64,000 nt of DNA from Gammaproteobacteria bacterium (GTDB lineage Bacteria > Pseudomonadota > Gammaproteobacteria > Eutrophobiales > Eutrophobiaceae): contig CAXMWX010000001.1 of NCBI GenBank assembly GCA_963422205.2, positions 352,001-416,000 of the forward strand, read 5' to 3'. Position 1 is the stretch's first letter, and each line of letters opens with the position of its first letter. The notes under the pieces are model-generated. The model ran no database searches and was not told where the DNA came from. It saw nothing but the letters and a program-made list of their open reading frames with translations. Position numbers and translations under genes: made by a program. Positions 9,720 to 19,718 of this stretch are shown here, one piece after another.

Positions 9720-10598
9720 ATGGAAACCTCTTTAAATGCTGCTGGTGATATCTTGTTTATACTTGCCGTGGCCTGTGTCTTTTTTATGACGACCATGCTG
9801 TGGTGGTTGTTATCACGAAAAGCCCTGGCCTTTCTCGAAGGGTACAAAGAGACATTTACCACGACGGCCAGCAGTAACCTGTCTGATATGTTTCTGTTCG
9901 TTGACCCGAACCGGCTTTTTATGTTGAACCTCGCAGCTATCGTCATATTCCCGGCCCTGACCTGGCTGGTGTTCCGTGATGTGGCAGCGATGATTGCCGT
10001 GTTATTAATCGTGATGCTGGCGCCCCCGTTTTTTTATCGCCGCCTGCGATCACAACGACTGGCCCGATTTGAAGCACAACTTCCCGATGCATTATTAATG
10101 GTCTCCGGTGCCATGCGTGCGGGCGCCAGCCTGAACATCGCCATGGAAGGGCTGGTAAAAGAACAGCCGGCGCCGATCTCCCAGGAATTTGAATTGTTTC
10201 TTAAAGAGCAACGCCTGGGCGTAGAATTCAATGAATCGATAAAGGCCATGGAAGAGCGTAATCCAATCCCTGACTTCACCATGTTGGTAACTGCCCTGCG
10301 TATCAATCGTGAAGTAGGCGGCAATCTGGCAGAGACCATGGAAACGCTGGGTGAAACCTTACGAAGAAAGGCAATGATGGAAGGCAAAATCGACAGTTTA
10401 ACGGCACAGGGGCGATTGCAGGGCATGGTAATGACAGGTCTGCCCATCCTGCTGGGCGTTTTGCTTTATTTTATGGAACCTGAAGCCATGAGCAAACTTT
10501 GGACTACCCCTGTTGGCTGGGGTTTATGTATCGTTATTGTTGTTATGGAAGCGATGGGTTATTTCATCATTAAAAAGATCACCAGTATTGATGTGTAA
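9720..10598 (+). CDS. tadB: Tad inner-membrane platform protein TadB
   Basis: FEAQLPDAL..VSGAMRAGASL, EVGGNLAE, LTAQGRLQG. Confidence 0.92.
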   Translation: METSLNAAGDILFILAVACVFFMTTMLWWLLSRKALAFLEGYKETFTTTASSNLSDMFLFVDPNRLFMLNLAAIVIFPALTWLVFRDVAAMIAVLLIVMLAPPFFYRRLRSQRLARFEAQLPDALLMVSGAMRAGASLNIAMEGLVKEQPAPISQEFELFLKEQRLGVEFNESIKAMEERNPIPDFTMLVTALRINREVGGNLAETMETLGETLRRKAMMEGKIDSLTAQGRLQGMVMTGLPILLGVLLYFMEPEAMSKLWTTPVGWGLCIVIVVMEAMGYFIIKKITSIDV

Positions 10599-10606
10599 CA
10601 ATCACC

Positions 10607-11500
10607 ATGCCTGAATTTATTACCTTTAACTTGCCCCCCTTTATCGCCGTCTTTGCCGGGCTGTGTGCATTATGCAGCATACTGCTTCTCAACAGTCTAT
10701 ATAAAATGGTTGATGACGATGACCGTGCCTTTATGGATCCATTGCCTTTTAAACTGAAATTGTTCTGGCCTTTGACTCAAATTATTGCTTACCTGGGATG
10801 CCCCTTTCTCCCTTATGAAATCATTGAAAAAACCGAACAGCGCCTGGCACGCACCGGTGTGGGCTACTTGCTGACCGCCGAGCAGTTTATAGCGCTACGC
10901 ATTCTGGTGGCATCAGGGCTACCTGTGGTTGTCTTTTTTTGTATGTCAGCGTTGAAAATCCATGAGCCCATCTGGCTCGTTGTCGCCCCGCTGGTCGGAT
11001 TTCTGCTGCCCGATATATGGTTAAACGATACCCGAAAGAAGCGTGAGGGCGAGGTAATACGCTCGCTGCCTGTTTATCTGGACTTTATTACCATGTGTGT
11101 TGAAGCCGGACTTAACTTTCAGGGGGCGCTTGGCCAGGCCATGGAAAAAGCCCCTCCCGGTCCCTTGCGAAATGAATTTGCCATTGTGTTACGCGATCTG
11201 CGTTCAGGGCTACCACGTGCAGATGCGCTGAGACGCATGGCAGAAAGGCTGGATATCACCGAAGTCAGCAGCTTTGTCAGCGCTATTGTGCAGGCGGAAA
11301 AAATGGGAGCCAGTCTTGCTGCGGTATTACGGGTACAGGCAGATCAACGACGTAACGAGCGTTTTCAGCGTGCCGAGAAAATGGCCATGGAGGCCCCGGT
11401 CAAGCTGGTTGGTCCTTTGATTATCTTTATCTTCCCTGTCACCTTTATGATTTTAGGATTCCCCATCGCCATGAAGTTTCTCGGTGAAGGGCTATTATGA
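10607..11500 (+). CDS. tadC: Tad inner-membrane platform protein TadC
   Basis: LPVYLDFITMCVEAGL, QAEKMGASLAAVLRVQA, AEKMAMEAPVKLVGPL..FIFP. Confidence 0.92.
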   Translation: MPEFITFNLPPFIAVFAGLCALCSILLLNSLYKMVDDDDRAFMDPLPFKLKLFWPLTQIIAYLGCPFLPYEIIEKTEQRLARTGVGYLLTAEQFIALRILVASGLPVVVFFCMSALKIHEPIWLVVAPLVGFLLPDIWLNDTRKKREGEVIRSLPVYLDFITMCVEAGLNFQGALGQAMEKAPPGPLRNEFAIVLRDLRSGLPRADALRRMAERLDITEVSSFVSAIVQAEKMGASLAAVLRVQADQRRNERFQRAEKMAMEAPVKLVGPLIIFIFPVTFMILGFPIAMKFLGEGLL

Positions 11501-11865
11501 TGTATGGTCGGCTGCATAGAGCCGAAAATAAGGTCTGCCTGATAACAAAAGTTGCTGTTGCCGATAATTTCCTGGCACGTCTGACCGGCCTCTTGGGTCG
11601 GCCAGAATTGATGCAACTGGAAGGCTTGTTAATTCGACCGTGTTCATCAGTACACACGTTGGGAATGCGGTATAATATCGACTTGGCGTTTCTTGACCGC
11701 AACTGGAAAATCATCAAAATCGTAAACGCTTTACGGCCCTGGCGCACAAGCGCCTGCCCTTCTGCGTATATGGTGCTCGAATTATTGGGTGGGACTTTAG
11801 AGAAATTACAACTGACAACCGGGACACAACTGGAATGGCATGAATCAGGCGAACAGACATCTTAG
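11497..11865 (+). CDS. DUF192 family protein
   Basis: VADNFLARLTGLLGR, GLLIRPCSSVHTLGMRYNIDLAFLD, VLEL. Confidence 0.85.
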   Translation: MMYGRLHRAENKVCLITKVAVADNFLARLTGLLGRPELMQLEGLLIRPCSSVHTLGMRYNIDLAFLDRNWKIIKIVNALRPWRTSACPSAYMVLELLGGTLEKLQLTTGTQLEWHESGEQTS

Positions 11866-12349
11866 ATTGTTTTTTTGGCTTTTTATTAGCTTGCCTCTCT
11901 CTGCCTGTCTTGATGCGAATCTAAAAAAAGACGGGGGGAGAACGGAATTCGATTTCATCGAAACTGATAAACTGGCCGAAGCGGCTTATCAAAGCAACGA
12001 TTGGGTTGAAAGTGAAAAACATTATGCTGTCCTGGTACAGGAAGTTCCGCAAAGGGCCTTGTATTGGTTTCGTTTAGGTAATGTCTATGCCCGTACCAAT
12101 CGCCCGGATGCGGCAATTATCGCCTACCGTGAAGCCGTACTGCGTGACCCCGAAATGACCAAAGGCTGGTTTAATATGGGTGTTTTACAATTAAAACAGG
12201 CAGCAAACAGCTTTAATGAGCTAAGATTATATGGCGACAGAAGCAGTCCGCTGCACAGTCGGGGCAACGATATCTTTGTAGGGATACTTGATATGATGCA
12301 AGGCGAAGAGGAATCTGAAGAACATGTTGACCCTGATCTGTCCCCATAG
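11840..12349 (+). CDS. TPR lipoprotein, probable TadD-like pilotin
   Basis: Lipobox LSAC; TPR motifs WFRLGNVYAR and WFNMGVLQL. Confidence 0.75.
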   Translation: MNQANRHLRLFFWLFISLPLSACLDANLKKDGGRTEFDFIETDKLAEAAYQSNDWVESEKHYAVLVQEVPQRALYWFRLGNVYARTNRPDAAIIAYREAVLRDPEMTKGWFNMGVLQLKQAANSFNELRLYGDRSSPLHSRGNDIFVGILDMMQGEEESEEHVDPDLSP

Positions 12350-13061
12350 ACGACAAAAAAATGGCCAGGCCATGGTCGAGTTCATCATTATTCTGCCCGT
12401 CCTCTTGTTCATTATCCTTGCCACCTTGCAATTCGCTTTTATCTACAAGGCCAAAATCACCTTGAACTACGCCACCTTTGAGTCAGCCCGTGCCGGCAGT
12501 CTTGGTGGTGCCAGACCTTCTGCCATGGATAACGCCATGGTGCGGGCATTGGCCCCCCTTTATACGCATGCTGACAATACCGAAGCCTACATAACAGCCC
12601 GAAAACGAATAAGACAGGAAATCGCCGATGGTTATTTAAAGATTGATGTCATCAATCCGTCTCTCAAGTCTTTTGACGATTACGGTAAAACAGGAGATAA
12701 CCTTGTTTACATACCCAATGATAACCTGATTTACAGAGAGGCAAGCAGCGAAGGTAAAGATTCTGAACAGACAATACAAGACGCTAACCTTCTCAAAATA
12801 CAATCTTATTATTGCTTTGAGCTGATTGTGCCTTTTGTCAATAAAATTCTCTGGGCCATGATGCGATACGCACCCGGTGAAGTGCTCCCCGGCAGCATCC
12901 CGCAGGTCGAAGGCAAACACCGTGTGGGCAGACCTCAAACAGGCACTTTTAACGAGGCATGTGTAAGAGAGAAAAATGACAGTGATGGTTATTGGGGCAT
13001 ACCCATTCGTTCACAGGCGATAATACGCATGCAGTCCGATGCCATACTCACAGGCACTTAA
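12324..13061 (+). CDS. tadE: TadE-family pseudopilin
   Basis: GQAMVEF..ILP plus TM helix; LNYATFESARAG. Confidence 0.85.
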   Translation: MLTLICPHRRQKNGQAMVEFIIILPVLLFIILATLQFAFIYKAKITLNYATFESARAGSLGGARPSAMDNAMVRALAPLYTHADNTEAYITARKRIRQEIADGYLKIDVINPSLKSFDDYGKTGDNLVYIPNDNLIYREASSEGKDSEQTIQDANLLKIQSYYCFELIVPFVNKILWAMMRYAPGEVLPGSIPQVEGKHRVGRPQTGTFNEACVREKNDSDGYWGIPIRSQAIIRMQSDAILTGT

Positions 13062-13102
13062 AGTGTTGTCGTAGATAACGTAAACATAGCCATCAATTGC
13101 GT

Positions 13103-13317
13103 ATGTCCGCCCTTTGAGAAGAGCAAACAGCAACATACCCCAATTATGCGACAGTATCTCGGGTTTTAAGGCCGACTACCCCGATATTTTGCGACTCTTT
13201 CGTATGGGTGATTTCTATGAACTCTCCTTTGAGGAGGCACGTAAAGCCGCTCGTTTACTCGACATCACGCTAACCGCCAGGGGTAAATCTGCCGGTGAAG
13301 CCATACCCGTGGCGGAC
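13103..13317 (+). pseudogene. mutS: 5' remnant of the mismatch-repair gene mutS
   Basis: Removing two extra bases gives [70 protein letters not shown], the MutS domain I N-terminus; similarity ends after about 70 codons. Confidence 0.9.
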
Positions 13318-13427
13318 ACCCAAAAGATTGGGATTACAAACCCCCGCACAGTACATTGGTTGGTGAGCTTATCGAAACCTATCCAGCACAACAAAACGTG
13401 CAATATGGGGTGGATTCATACACGGGC

Positions 13428-13456
13428 TTGACACTCCGGGCCTGGTCACGTACAGT
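13428..13456 (+). promoter_or_regulatory. Sigma70-type promoter for the tRNA-Ala/tRNA-Glu pair
   Basis: TTGACA, 17 bp spacer, TACAGT. Confidence 0.6.
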
Positions 13457-13520
13457 CTACTGCTTTTTGAGAAATGCAACCTGAGCGGCTGGCAGGGAAG
13501 CAGCATGAAAGTGACTATCC

Positions 13521-13596
<76 letters not shown>

Positions 13597-13648
13597 GATA
13601 TTTCCCGGCATAACCCGGTGTCAAGCCGGGGCAGGGCTGGCCTTGACC

Positions 13649-13724
13649 GTCCCCTTCGTCTAGTGGCCCAGGACACCGCCCTTTCACGGCGGCAACAGGG
13701 GTTCGAACCCCCTAGGGGACGCCA
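13649..13724 (+). tRNA. tRNA-Glu(TTC)
   Basis: GTCCCCT/AGGGGAC acceptor stem; CCGCC-CTTTCAC-GGCGG; CCA end. Confidence 0.97.
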
Positions 13725-13827
13725 TTTGAATACCTGCCCGGCAAGATTGCCCAAGGAGATTTGCCGGGGGCAATCTGCCCGGACGGATGCCGGTCTGGCT
13801 GGCTTGTAAATACACAGGAATAATGCC

Positions 13828-15144
13828 TTGAAGATCAGCATGTTAGGGGCGGGTTATGTCGGCCTGGTATCGGCGGCCTGTTTTGCCGAGTTTGGTGCTG
13901 ATGTGTGTTGTATTGATGTGGATGCGGAAAAAATCAGTCGGCTGAAGGCCGCCGATATCCCCATCTATGAGCCGGGGCTGGATGAGTTAGTGACAAAAAA
14001 TATCCGCCAGGGCCGGCTGCATTTCACGGACTCTCCGGATGCCATCGTTCCACAGAGTGATCTGATTTTTATCGCTGTCGGCACCCCGCTAAGACAGGGT
14101 GATGGCCATGTTGATTTGTCTTTTCTCTACCAGGCGGCCAGAGACATCGCCCCCCTGCTGGCCGGTTATACGGTGGTGGTGGATAAATCCACCGTGCCGG
14201 TGGGTACGGCGAGGGAGGTCAAGCGCCTCATTAGCGAAGCCAACCCGGCGGCCGATTTCGATGTGGCCGCCAATCCGGAGTTTCTGCGAGAGGGTGCGGC
14301 CATTGGCGATTTCATGCGGCCGGACCGGGTGATCATCGGCGTGGAGAGTAAACGGGCGGAGGCATTGCTGCGGGAGTTATACCGGCCGCTTAATCTCATT
14401 GAGGCGCCGGTGATGGTGACCCGCCTGGAGAGCGCCGAGTTGATCAAATACGCCGCCAATGCGTATCTGGCAACCAAGATCAGCTTCATCAACGAAATGG
14501 CGTCTTTGTGTGAAGTGACCGGTGCCGATGTGCATCAGGTGTCAAAAGGCATGGGGCTGGACGGGCGTATCGGGCGGAAATTTCTGCATCCCGGCCCGGG
14601 CTATGGCGGCTCCTGCCTTCCCAAAGACACAAGGGCGCTGGTGCATATCGCCCAGGAACATGGCGTATCCAGCCGGATAGTTCAGGCTGTGGTTGAGGTC
14701 AATGAGGCGCAGCAGGTGTGGATGATCCATAAGATACGCCACGCCCTGGGCGGCAGCGAAGCCGGCAAGACCCTCGCCATCCTGGGCCTGACTTTCAAGC
14801 CGGAAACCGATGATATGCGTGCCGCCCCGTCATTATCCATTCTGCCCGCCTTAATTGACAATGGGGCCAGCATCCGGGCGAATGATCCTAGGGGGATGTG
14901 CCAGGCGAAGCCCCTGTTGCCGGATTCGGTTGCCTATTTTGATGATGTTGATGCTACGGTGAGGGGGGTGGATGCCATCGTTCTGCTGACCGAGTGGCAT
15001 GTGTATCGGGGGCTGGATTTGCCGCATGTCCTGGCATTGATGCGGGGGTGTGTATTTATTGACCTGCGTAATGTGTATGAGCCGGATGACATGAGGGAGT
15101 GGGGATTCGATTATCATTGTGTGGGCAGGCAGCGCCCGGTGTGA
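13828..15144 (+). CDS. ugd: UDP-glucose 6-dehydrogenase
   Basis: GAGYVG, FIAVGTP, KSTVPVGT, NPEFLREG, GYGGSCLPKD. Confidence 0.93.
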   Translation: MKISMLGAGYVGLVSAACFAEFGADVCCIDVDAEKISRLKAADIPIYEPGLDELVTKNIRQGRLHFTDSPDAIVPQSDLIFIAVGTPLRQGDGHVDLSFLYQAARDIAPLLAGYTVVVDKSTVPVGTAREVKRLISEANPAADFDVAANPEFLREGAAIGDFMRPDRVIIGVESKRAEALLRELYRPLNLIEAPVMVTRLESAELIKYAANAYLATKISFINEMASLCEVTGADVHQVSKGMGLDGRIGRKFLHPGPGYGGSCLPKDTRALVHIAQEHGVSSRIVQAVVEVNEAQQVWMIHKIRHALGGSEAGKTLAILGLTFKPETDDMRAAPSLSILPALIDNGASIRANDPRGMCQAKPLLPDSVAYFDDVDATVRGVDAIVLLTEWHVYRGLDLPHVLALMRGCVFIDLRNVYEPDDMREWGFDYHCVGRQRPV

Positions 15145-15479
15145 GCTTGGTGTGAATGGATAAATGCAATATACGTTAATCGGTCACAGCACAGCAGACC
15201 CGCCGAGATTGCCAGAAGAGCTAAGTACAGGAGTGCGGCATTGACATCGCTGGTGGCTATAGAATATGATCTTGAGGGAAAGCAAATTTTTATCCGCCTT
15301 GGTGATCACAGGGAAATCACAGCCACCCTTAAATAAATCAGACGGATCTCCCTTGGTCTTTTTCGGCCCTGCATGGTGGTGGCATACCTGAATGATGGTA
15401 CTAGGCAAGATGGAACCCAACATGAAAATCAGCCCAGCCAAGAATTACCAGAATTACCATAACTAAACAGGACACAAAC

Positions 15480-16847
15480 GTGAGCGATAAACCCATCCCC
15501 TCCACTGACGGTATACAACCGGTCAACCTGCAAATCATACCGGCGGACTATTATCGAGAAGACGATGAGTTCAATTTGTACGACATCTTTGCGATACTGT
15601 TCAGGTACAGATTTCTCATGGCGGCAATCACGGCGGCCTGCACCATCATCGCCCTGTTATATGCGCTGTTGGTACCACCGGAGTATAAAGCCAGTGTGCA
15701 TCTGTCTGTGCCCGCTCTACATGATATTAACGAGCTTGGTTTGCAGGATAATAACCCAACGCAGGTGGTATTTCAGCGGTTTCTGGATTACTTCAATTCC
15801 CGCGCCCTGCGCTGGCAGTATTTTGAAGAGCATAACCTTCTGGCGGCCCTGGTGGATGAGAGGGAGATGGAGAGGGATGAGAAGAAGCAGGAAAACCTGC
15901 CTTATGCGGTGTTTGAGGAGCAGTTCAATAACAGGCTTCGGTATGAGCAAAAGGCGGTGACAAAGCGCAGAGCAGTCACGCGGGTAACCGGGGCGACTGC
16001 CACCTTGCAGCTGAGGGATCCGGTGCTGGCGGCTGACTGGCTGAATGGCTATGTGCAGCAGGTACACGCCGAGACCGTGGATTCCCTCAAAGCGGACAGG
16101 ATGGCGTCCTGGAACTTCCGTCAACAGCGTCTGGATGAGCGAATTGACCGTCTGCGCCGCTATGCGGAAACATCGCGGGCGGATGAGATTGCGCGCTTGC
16201 TGGAAGTCGATGCCATTAATCGTCGCCGCATTGAAGGCCACATAAAGGCATTGAGAGCCAAGGCTAAACAGGATTTGTCTGATGAGAAACGCAAGCTGCG
16301 TGAGTCGCTTGAAATTGCCAGGACACTGGATTTTGTCGATATGGCGGTGCCCGCGCCACGTGTTGACCAGGCCATTACTAATTCACCTGATCTGATGGTC
16401 AATCTACGGCATATCCCGACGTATAGCAGAGGAGTTAAAGCGCTGGAAGCTGAAATTCACGCGCTCAATAGCCGGGAAGAATTCCCGGACCCCTTTGTAA
16501 GTGGACTGAGAGATCAGCAGCGGCAGCTGGCAATGCTGAATGAAAACGCCAGGGTGCTGGCCCTTCAAAATCGCACCTCCGATGATCCGCATATTGGCGA
16601 TTTACGCAGCTTGCAGCAAGAGCAAGAGAAGCTGGAAATGAATTTGCAGCGGCTTGCCGCCGATGAGGACATCAAGGTGGTCACGATTGAACAGGCCGCC
16701 GTGCCGCCCCAAAAACCCAGCAAGCCAAAGCGCAAGCTGGTCGTATTGATTGGCCTGCTGGGCGGGGTTATCCTGGCGGTGTTTGCGGCCTTTATGCTGC
16801 ACTTCCTCGGCAAATACAGGCAAATCGCGGCGATAAAACCGGGGTAG
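15480..16847 (+). CDS. wzz: Wzz/FepE polysaccharide co-polymerase (elongated)
   Basis: DDEFNLYDIF start; two terminal TM helices; coiled coil; P..PSKPKR.LVVLIG.LGG motif. Confidence 0.85.
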   Translation: MSDKPIPSTDGIQPVNLQIIPADYYREDDEFNLYDIFAILFRYRFLMAAITAACTIIALLYALLVPPEYKASVHLSVPALHDINELGLQDNNPTQVVFQRFLDYFNSRALRWQYFEEHNLLAALVDEREMERDEKKQENLPYAVFEEQFNNRLRYEQKAVTKRRAVTRVTGATATLQLRDPVLAADWLNGYVQQVHAETVDSLKADRMASWNFRQQRLDERIDRLRRYAETSRADEIARLLEVDAINRRRIEGHIKALRAKAKQDLSDEKRKLRESLEIARTLDFVDMAVPAPRVDQAITNSPDLMVNLRHIPTYSRGVKALEAEIHALNSREEFPDPFVSGLRDQQRQLAMLNENARVLALQNRTSDDPHIGDLRSLQQEQEKLEMNLQRLAADEDIKVVTIEQAAVPPQKPSKPKRKLVVLIGLLGGVILAVFAAFMLHFLGKYRQIAAIKPG

Positions 16848-16854
16848 CGTATTC

Positions 16855-17796
16855 ATGTATCTGGTGACCGGCGGTGCCGGGTTTATCGGTTCGCATCTGG
16901 TTGAACGGCTGCTGGCCGATGGTTCACAGGTGCGGGTTATTGATGATCTTTCTACCGGCAAGATGGAGAACCTGGCTGCCATCGCCAATCATCCGAAGCT
17001 GGAGATCATCACTGGCGATGTGGGCGATGCGGCCCTGGTTGGACAGGCGATCAAAGGTGTGCAGATCATCTTCCATCAGGCCGCCCTGGCCTCCGTGGAG
17101 AAATCCGTTCTCACCCCTTGCTTGAGTTTTCAAAGCAACGTCAAGGGCAGCTTCACGCTGTTTGAAGCGGCGAGGACAGGCGGGGTCAAGCGCATCGTCC
17201 TGGCAAGCTCCTCGGCAATCTACGGGCAGGACGGCACCTACCCGGCGAGCGAGGGGGCGGCCGGACAGCCCGACAGTCCCTATGCGCTGGATAAGTATTA
17301 TGCCGAGAACCTGGCCTCGGTGTACTGCAAAAGCTATGATCTGCAAGCGGTTATTCTGCGTTACTTTAACGTCTACGGCCCCCGGCAGGACCCAGCTTCG
17401 CCCTATGCCGGGGTCATCTCCCGGTTTACCGAGCAAATCAAGGCGGGCAAGACGCCGGTGATTCGCGGTGATGGCAAACAGTCCCGGGATTTTGTCTATG
17501 TCAAGGATGTGGTGGAAGCCAATATAAAGGCCATGCATGTATCGCCCATGAATGAGCAATGCGCCGCCGCATGTTTTAATATCGGCACGGGTACCGAAAC
17601 CAGCATACTGGCATTGCTGGAGAGCCTGTGTCAGGTGTATCATGTGCCGATGACCTATAGCACGGCGGCAGCACGCCTGAGTGATATCCGGCGCTCCGTT
17701 GCCTGTATTGACCGGGCGGCTGCCGGGCTTGACTGGCGACCATGCCATGATTTATCTGCCGGCCTGGCCGCCATGCGTGATGTATCAACGTCCTGA
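16855..17796 (+). CDS. NAD-dependent nucleotide-sugar epimerase/dehydratase
   Basis: VTGGAGFIGSH, HQAA, SPYALDK, LRYFNVYGPRQDP. Confidence 0.92.
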   Translation: MYLVTGGAGFIGSHLVERLLADGSQVRVIDDLSTGKMENLAAIANHPKLEIITGDVGDAALVGQAIKGVQIIFHQAALASVEKSVLTPCLSFQSNVKGSFTLFEAARTGGVKRIVLASSSAIYGQDGTYPASEGAAGQPDSPYALDKYYAENLASVYCKSYDLQAVILRYFNVYGPRQDPASPYAGVISRFTEQIKAGKTPVIRGDGKQSRDFVYVKDVVEANIKAMHVSPMNEQCAAACFNIGTGTETSILALLESLCQVYHVPMTYSTAAARLSDIRRSVACIDRAAAGLDWRPCHDLSAGLAAMRDVSTS

Positions 17797-17865
17797 TAAT
17801 GGTCAGACGGCGAGCAATCCGGGCATGATTTACCCGCTCCGGAACCTGTACACATCTGATTAGCC

Positions 17866-19650
17866 ATGACTGCTTTTAGACAAATCTGGCAAATACTGCT
17901 CCCCAGGCAACGTCGGCAAGCCCTGTTGTTGGTGGTCATGCTGTTGATTGGTGTGTTTCTGGAGATGCTGAGTATCGGTCTGGTTGTCCCTCTGATTGCT
18001 GTGTTGATGCAGGATAATCCAGCACAGTATTTTCCAGTGTTGCAACCTGCATTTGACAGTCTGGGGCAGATCGACCAGCAGACGCTTATGCTGACAGGCT
18101 TGCTGGTGTTTGTCAGCGCCTATGTTATCAAGATATTGTTTTTAGCTTTGTTCTGCTGGTATCAGACGCGCGTTATCTTTCTTGTTCAGGCGAAGATATC
18201 GGAGCGGCTGTTTGATGTTTACCTGCAACAACCTTACAGCTTTCATCTACAACGTAATTCCGCTCAACTGATTCGCAATATCAGCGGCGAAGTCGGTTTA
18301 TTTGCTACGGGTGGTATGATGAGCAGTCTGAGGTTGCTCTCCGAGCTGCTGATACTGACTGGCCTGGTCATCCTGCTGCTGTTCGCTGAACCCCTGGGAT
18401 CGCTGTTTGTCGTCGGCCTGTTTGTGGTTGTTGTCGGCGGATTTCACGGCCTGACCCGCCATCGCCTGCGTCGATGGGGCTCTCTTCGCCAGCATCATGA
18501 TGGCCTGATTATGCAACACCTGCAACAGGGGCTGGGAGGGATTAAGGCGGCCAAGCTGGGCGGGTACGAAGCAACGTTTCTCAGGCAATACAGTACAAAC
18601 ATGAGCTGCGCTGTCCGTGTGCAGCGAAAGCAGCATGTTCTGGATCAAATGCCGCGTTTAGGGCTGGAGCTGCTGGCAATCAGCGCCCTGGCTATCCTGG
18701 TGATGAGTCTCGTTTTGCAGGGCCGTGATCCTGTCATCGTGCTGCCCGTGCTGGGCATGTTTGTTGCCGTTGCCTTTCGGCTCATGCCCTCGATCAACCG
18801 AATCATCACTACATCGCAGTACATCAATTATTCCCTGCCGGCGATAGACAAGGTATATACCGAGTTGATCGTTGATGCTCCGCCGCCAGCCGCTACCGGG
18901 GCAACGGAAAAGCACACCTCCTTCACCCGGCTGGTGATGGATGGGGTCTTTTATACCTATCCGAAGGCAACGGTACCGGCTTTAAGACAGATATCGCTGA
19001 TGATAAATAAAGGTGAAGCCGTGGGCATTGTGGGCGAGAGCGGTGCTGGTAAAAGCACGTTAATTGATGTACTGCTCGGTCTGTTAGCATCGCAGGAGGG
19101 CGATATCACCATTGACGGTGCGCCCATGCAGGCCACTCTGCGCTGCTGGCAACGTCAGATCGGCTATGTGCCGCAATCAATTTACCTTACCGATGACAGC
19201 ATTCGGCGCAACATCGCCTTTGGCGTGCCTGAGAAGAGCATTGACGATGTTGCCGTATTGCGTGCCATACAGGCAGCGCAGTTGAGTCGTTTTATCACCG
19301 GCCTGCCGGATGGGATTGAAACCCGTGTGGGTGAACTTGGCGTGCGTCTGTCCGGCGGCCAGCGCCAGCGCATTGGCATTGCCAGGGCGCTGTACCATAA
19401 CCCGGCTGTGCTGGTGCTGGATGAGGCCACCAGTTCGCTGGACATGATCACCGAACGGGAAGTCATGCAGGCGGTCATGGCGCTGCAAGGCGACAGGACG
19501 CTCATCATCGTTGCCCATCGCTTTTCCACCATCAGATATTGCGACCGCCTGTATCGCCTGCACAATGGCGAGATTGTGCAGAGTGGCTCTCCCGATGATA
19601 TCGCATTTGATCAACCTGCACCGGGCATCGTTGCCGTGGCGGGCAAATAA
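17866..19650 (+). CDS. ABC exporter (fused TMD and NBD), PglK/WlaB-like glycan flippase
   Basis: TM domain; GESGAGKST; IGYVPQ; LSGGQRQR; LVLDEATS; glycan-locus context. Confidence 0.85.
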   Translation: MTAFRQIWQILLPRQRRQALLLVVMLLIGVFLEMLSIGLVVPLIAVLMQDNPAQYFPVLQPAFDSLGQIDQQTLMLTGLLVFVSAYVIKILFLALFCWYQTRVIFLVQAKISERLFDVYLQQPYSFHLQRNSAQLIRNISGEVGLFATGGMMSSLRLLSELLILTGLVILLLFAEPLGSLFVVGLFVVVVGGFHGLTRHRLRRWGSLRQHHDGLIMQHLQQGLGGIKAAKLGGYEATFLRQYSTNMSCAVRVQRKQHVLDQMPRLGLELLAISALAILVMSLVLQGRDPVIVLPVLGMFVAVAFRLMPSINRIITTSQYINYSLPAIDKVYTELIVDAPPPAATGATEKHTSFTRLVMDGVFYTYPKATVPALRQISLMINKGEAVGIVGESGAGKSTLIDVLLGLLASQEGDITIDGAPMQATLRCWQRQIGYVPQSIYLTDDSIRRNIAFGVPEKSIDDVAVLRAIQAAQLSRFITGLPDGIETRVGELGVRLSGGQRQRIGIARALYHNPAVLVLDEATSSLDMITEREVMQAVMALQGDRTLIIVAHRFSTIRYCDRLYRLHNGEIVQSGSPDDIAFDQPAPGIVAVAGK

Positions 19651-19718
19651 CGTGCTGTGTTAAGGCGTGCCTTTAGATAGGCCATAGATAGGCCATCGCG
19701 CACGATACATTCAAACCC

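Noticed and set aside
13114-13431. 105-aa ORF as a functional protein
   Set aside because: It is the frameshifted mutS remnant reading into unrelated sequence.
16838-16851. ops/JUMPStart-like ccggggtagcgt
   Set aside because: It mismatches GGCGGTAG, overlaps the wzz stop codon and is not in a leader.
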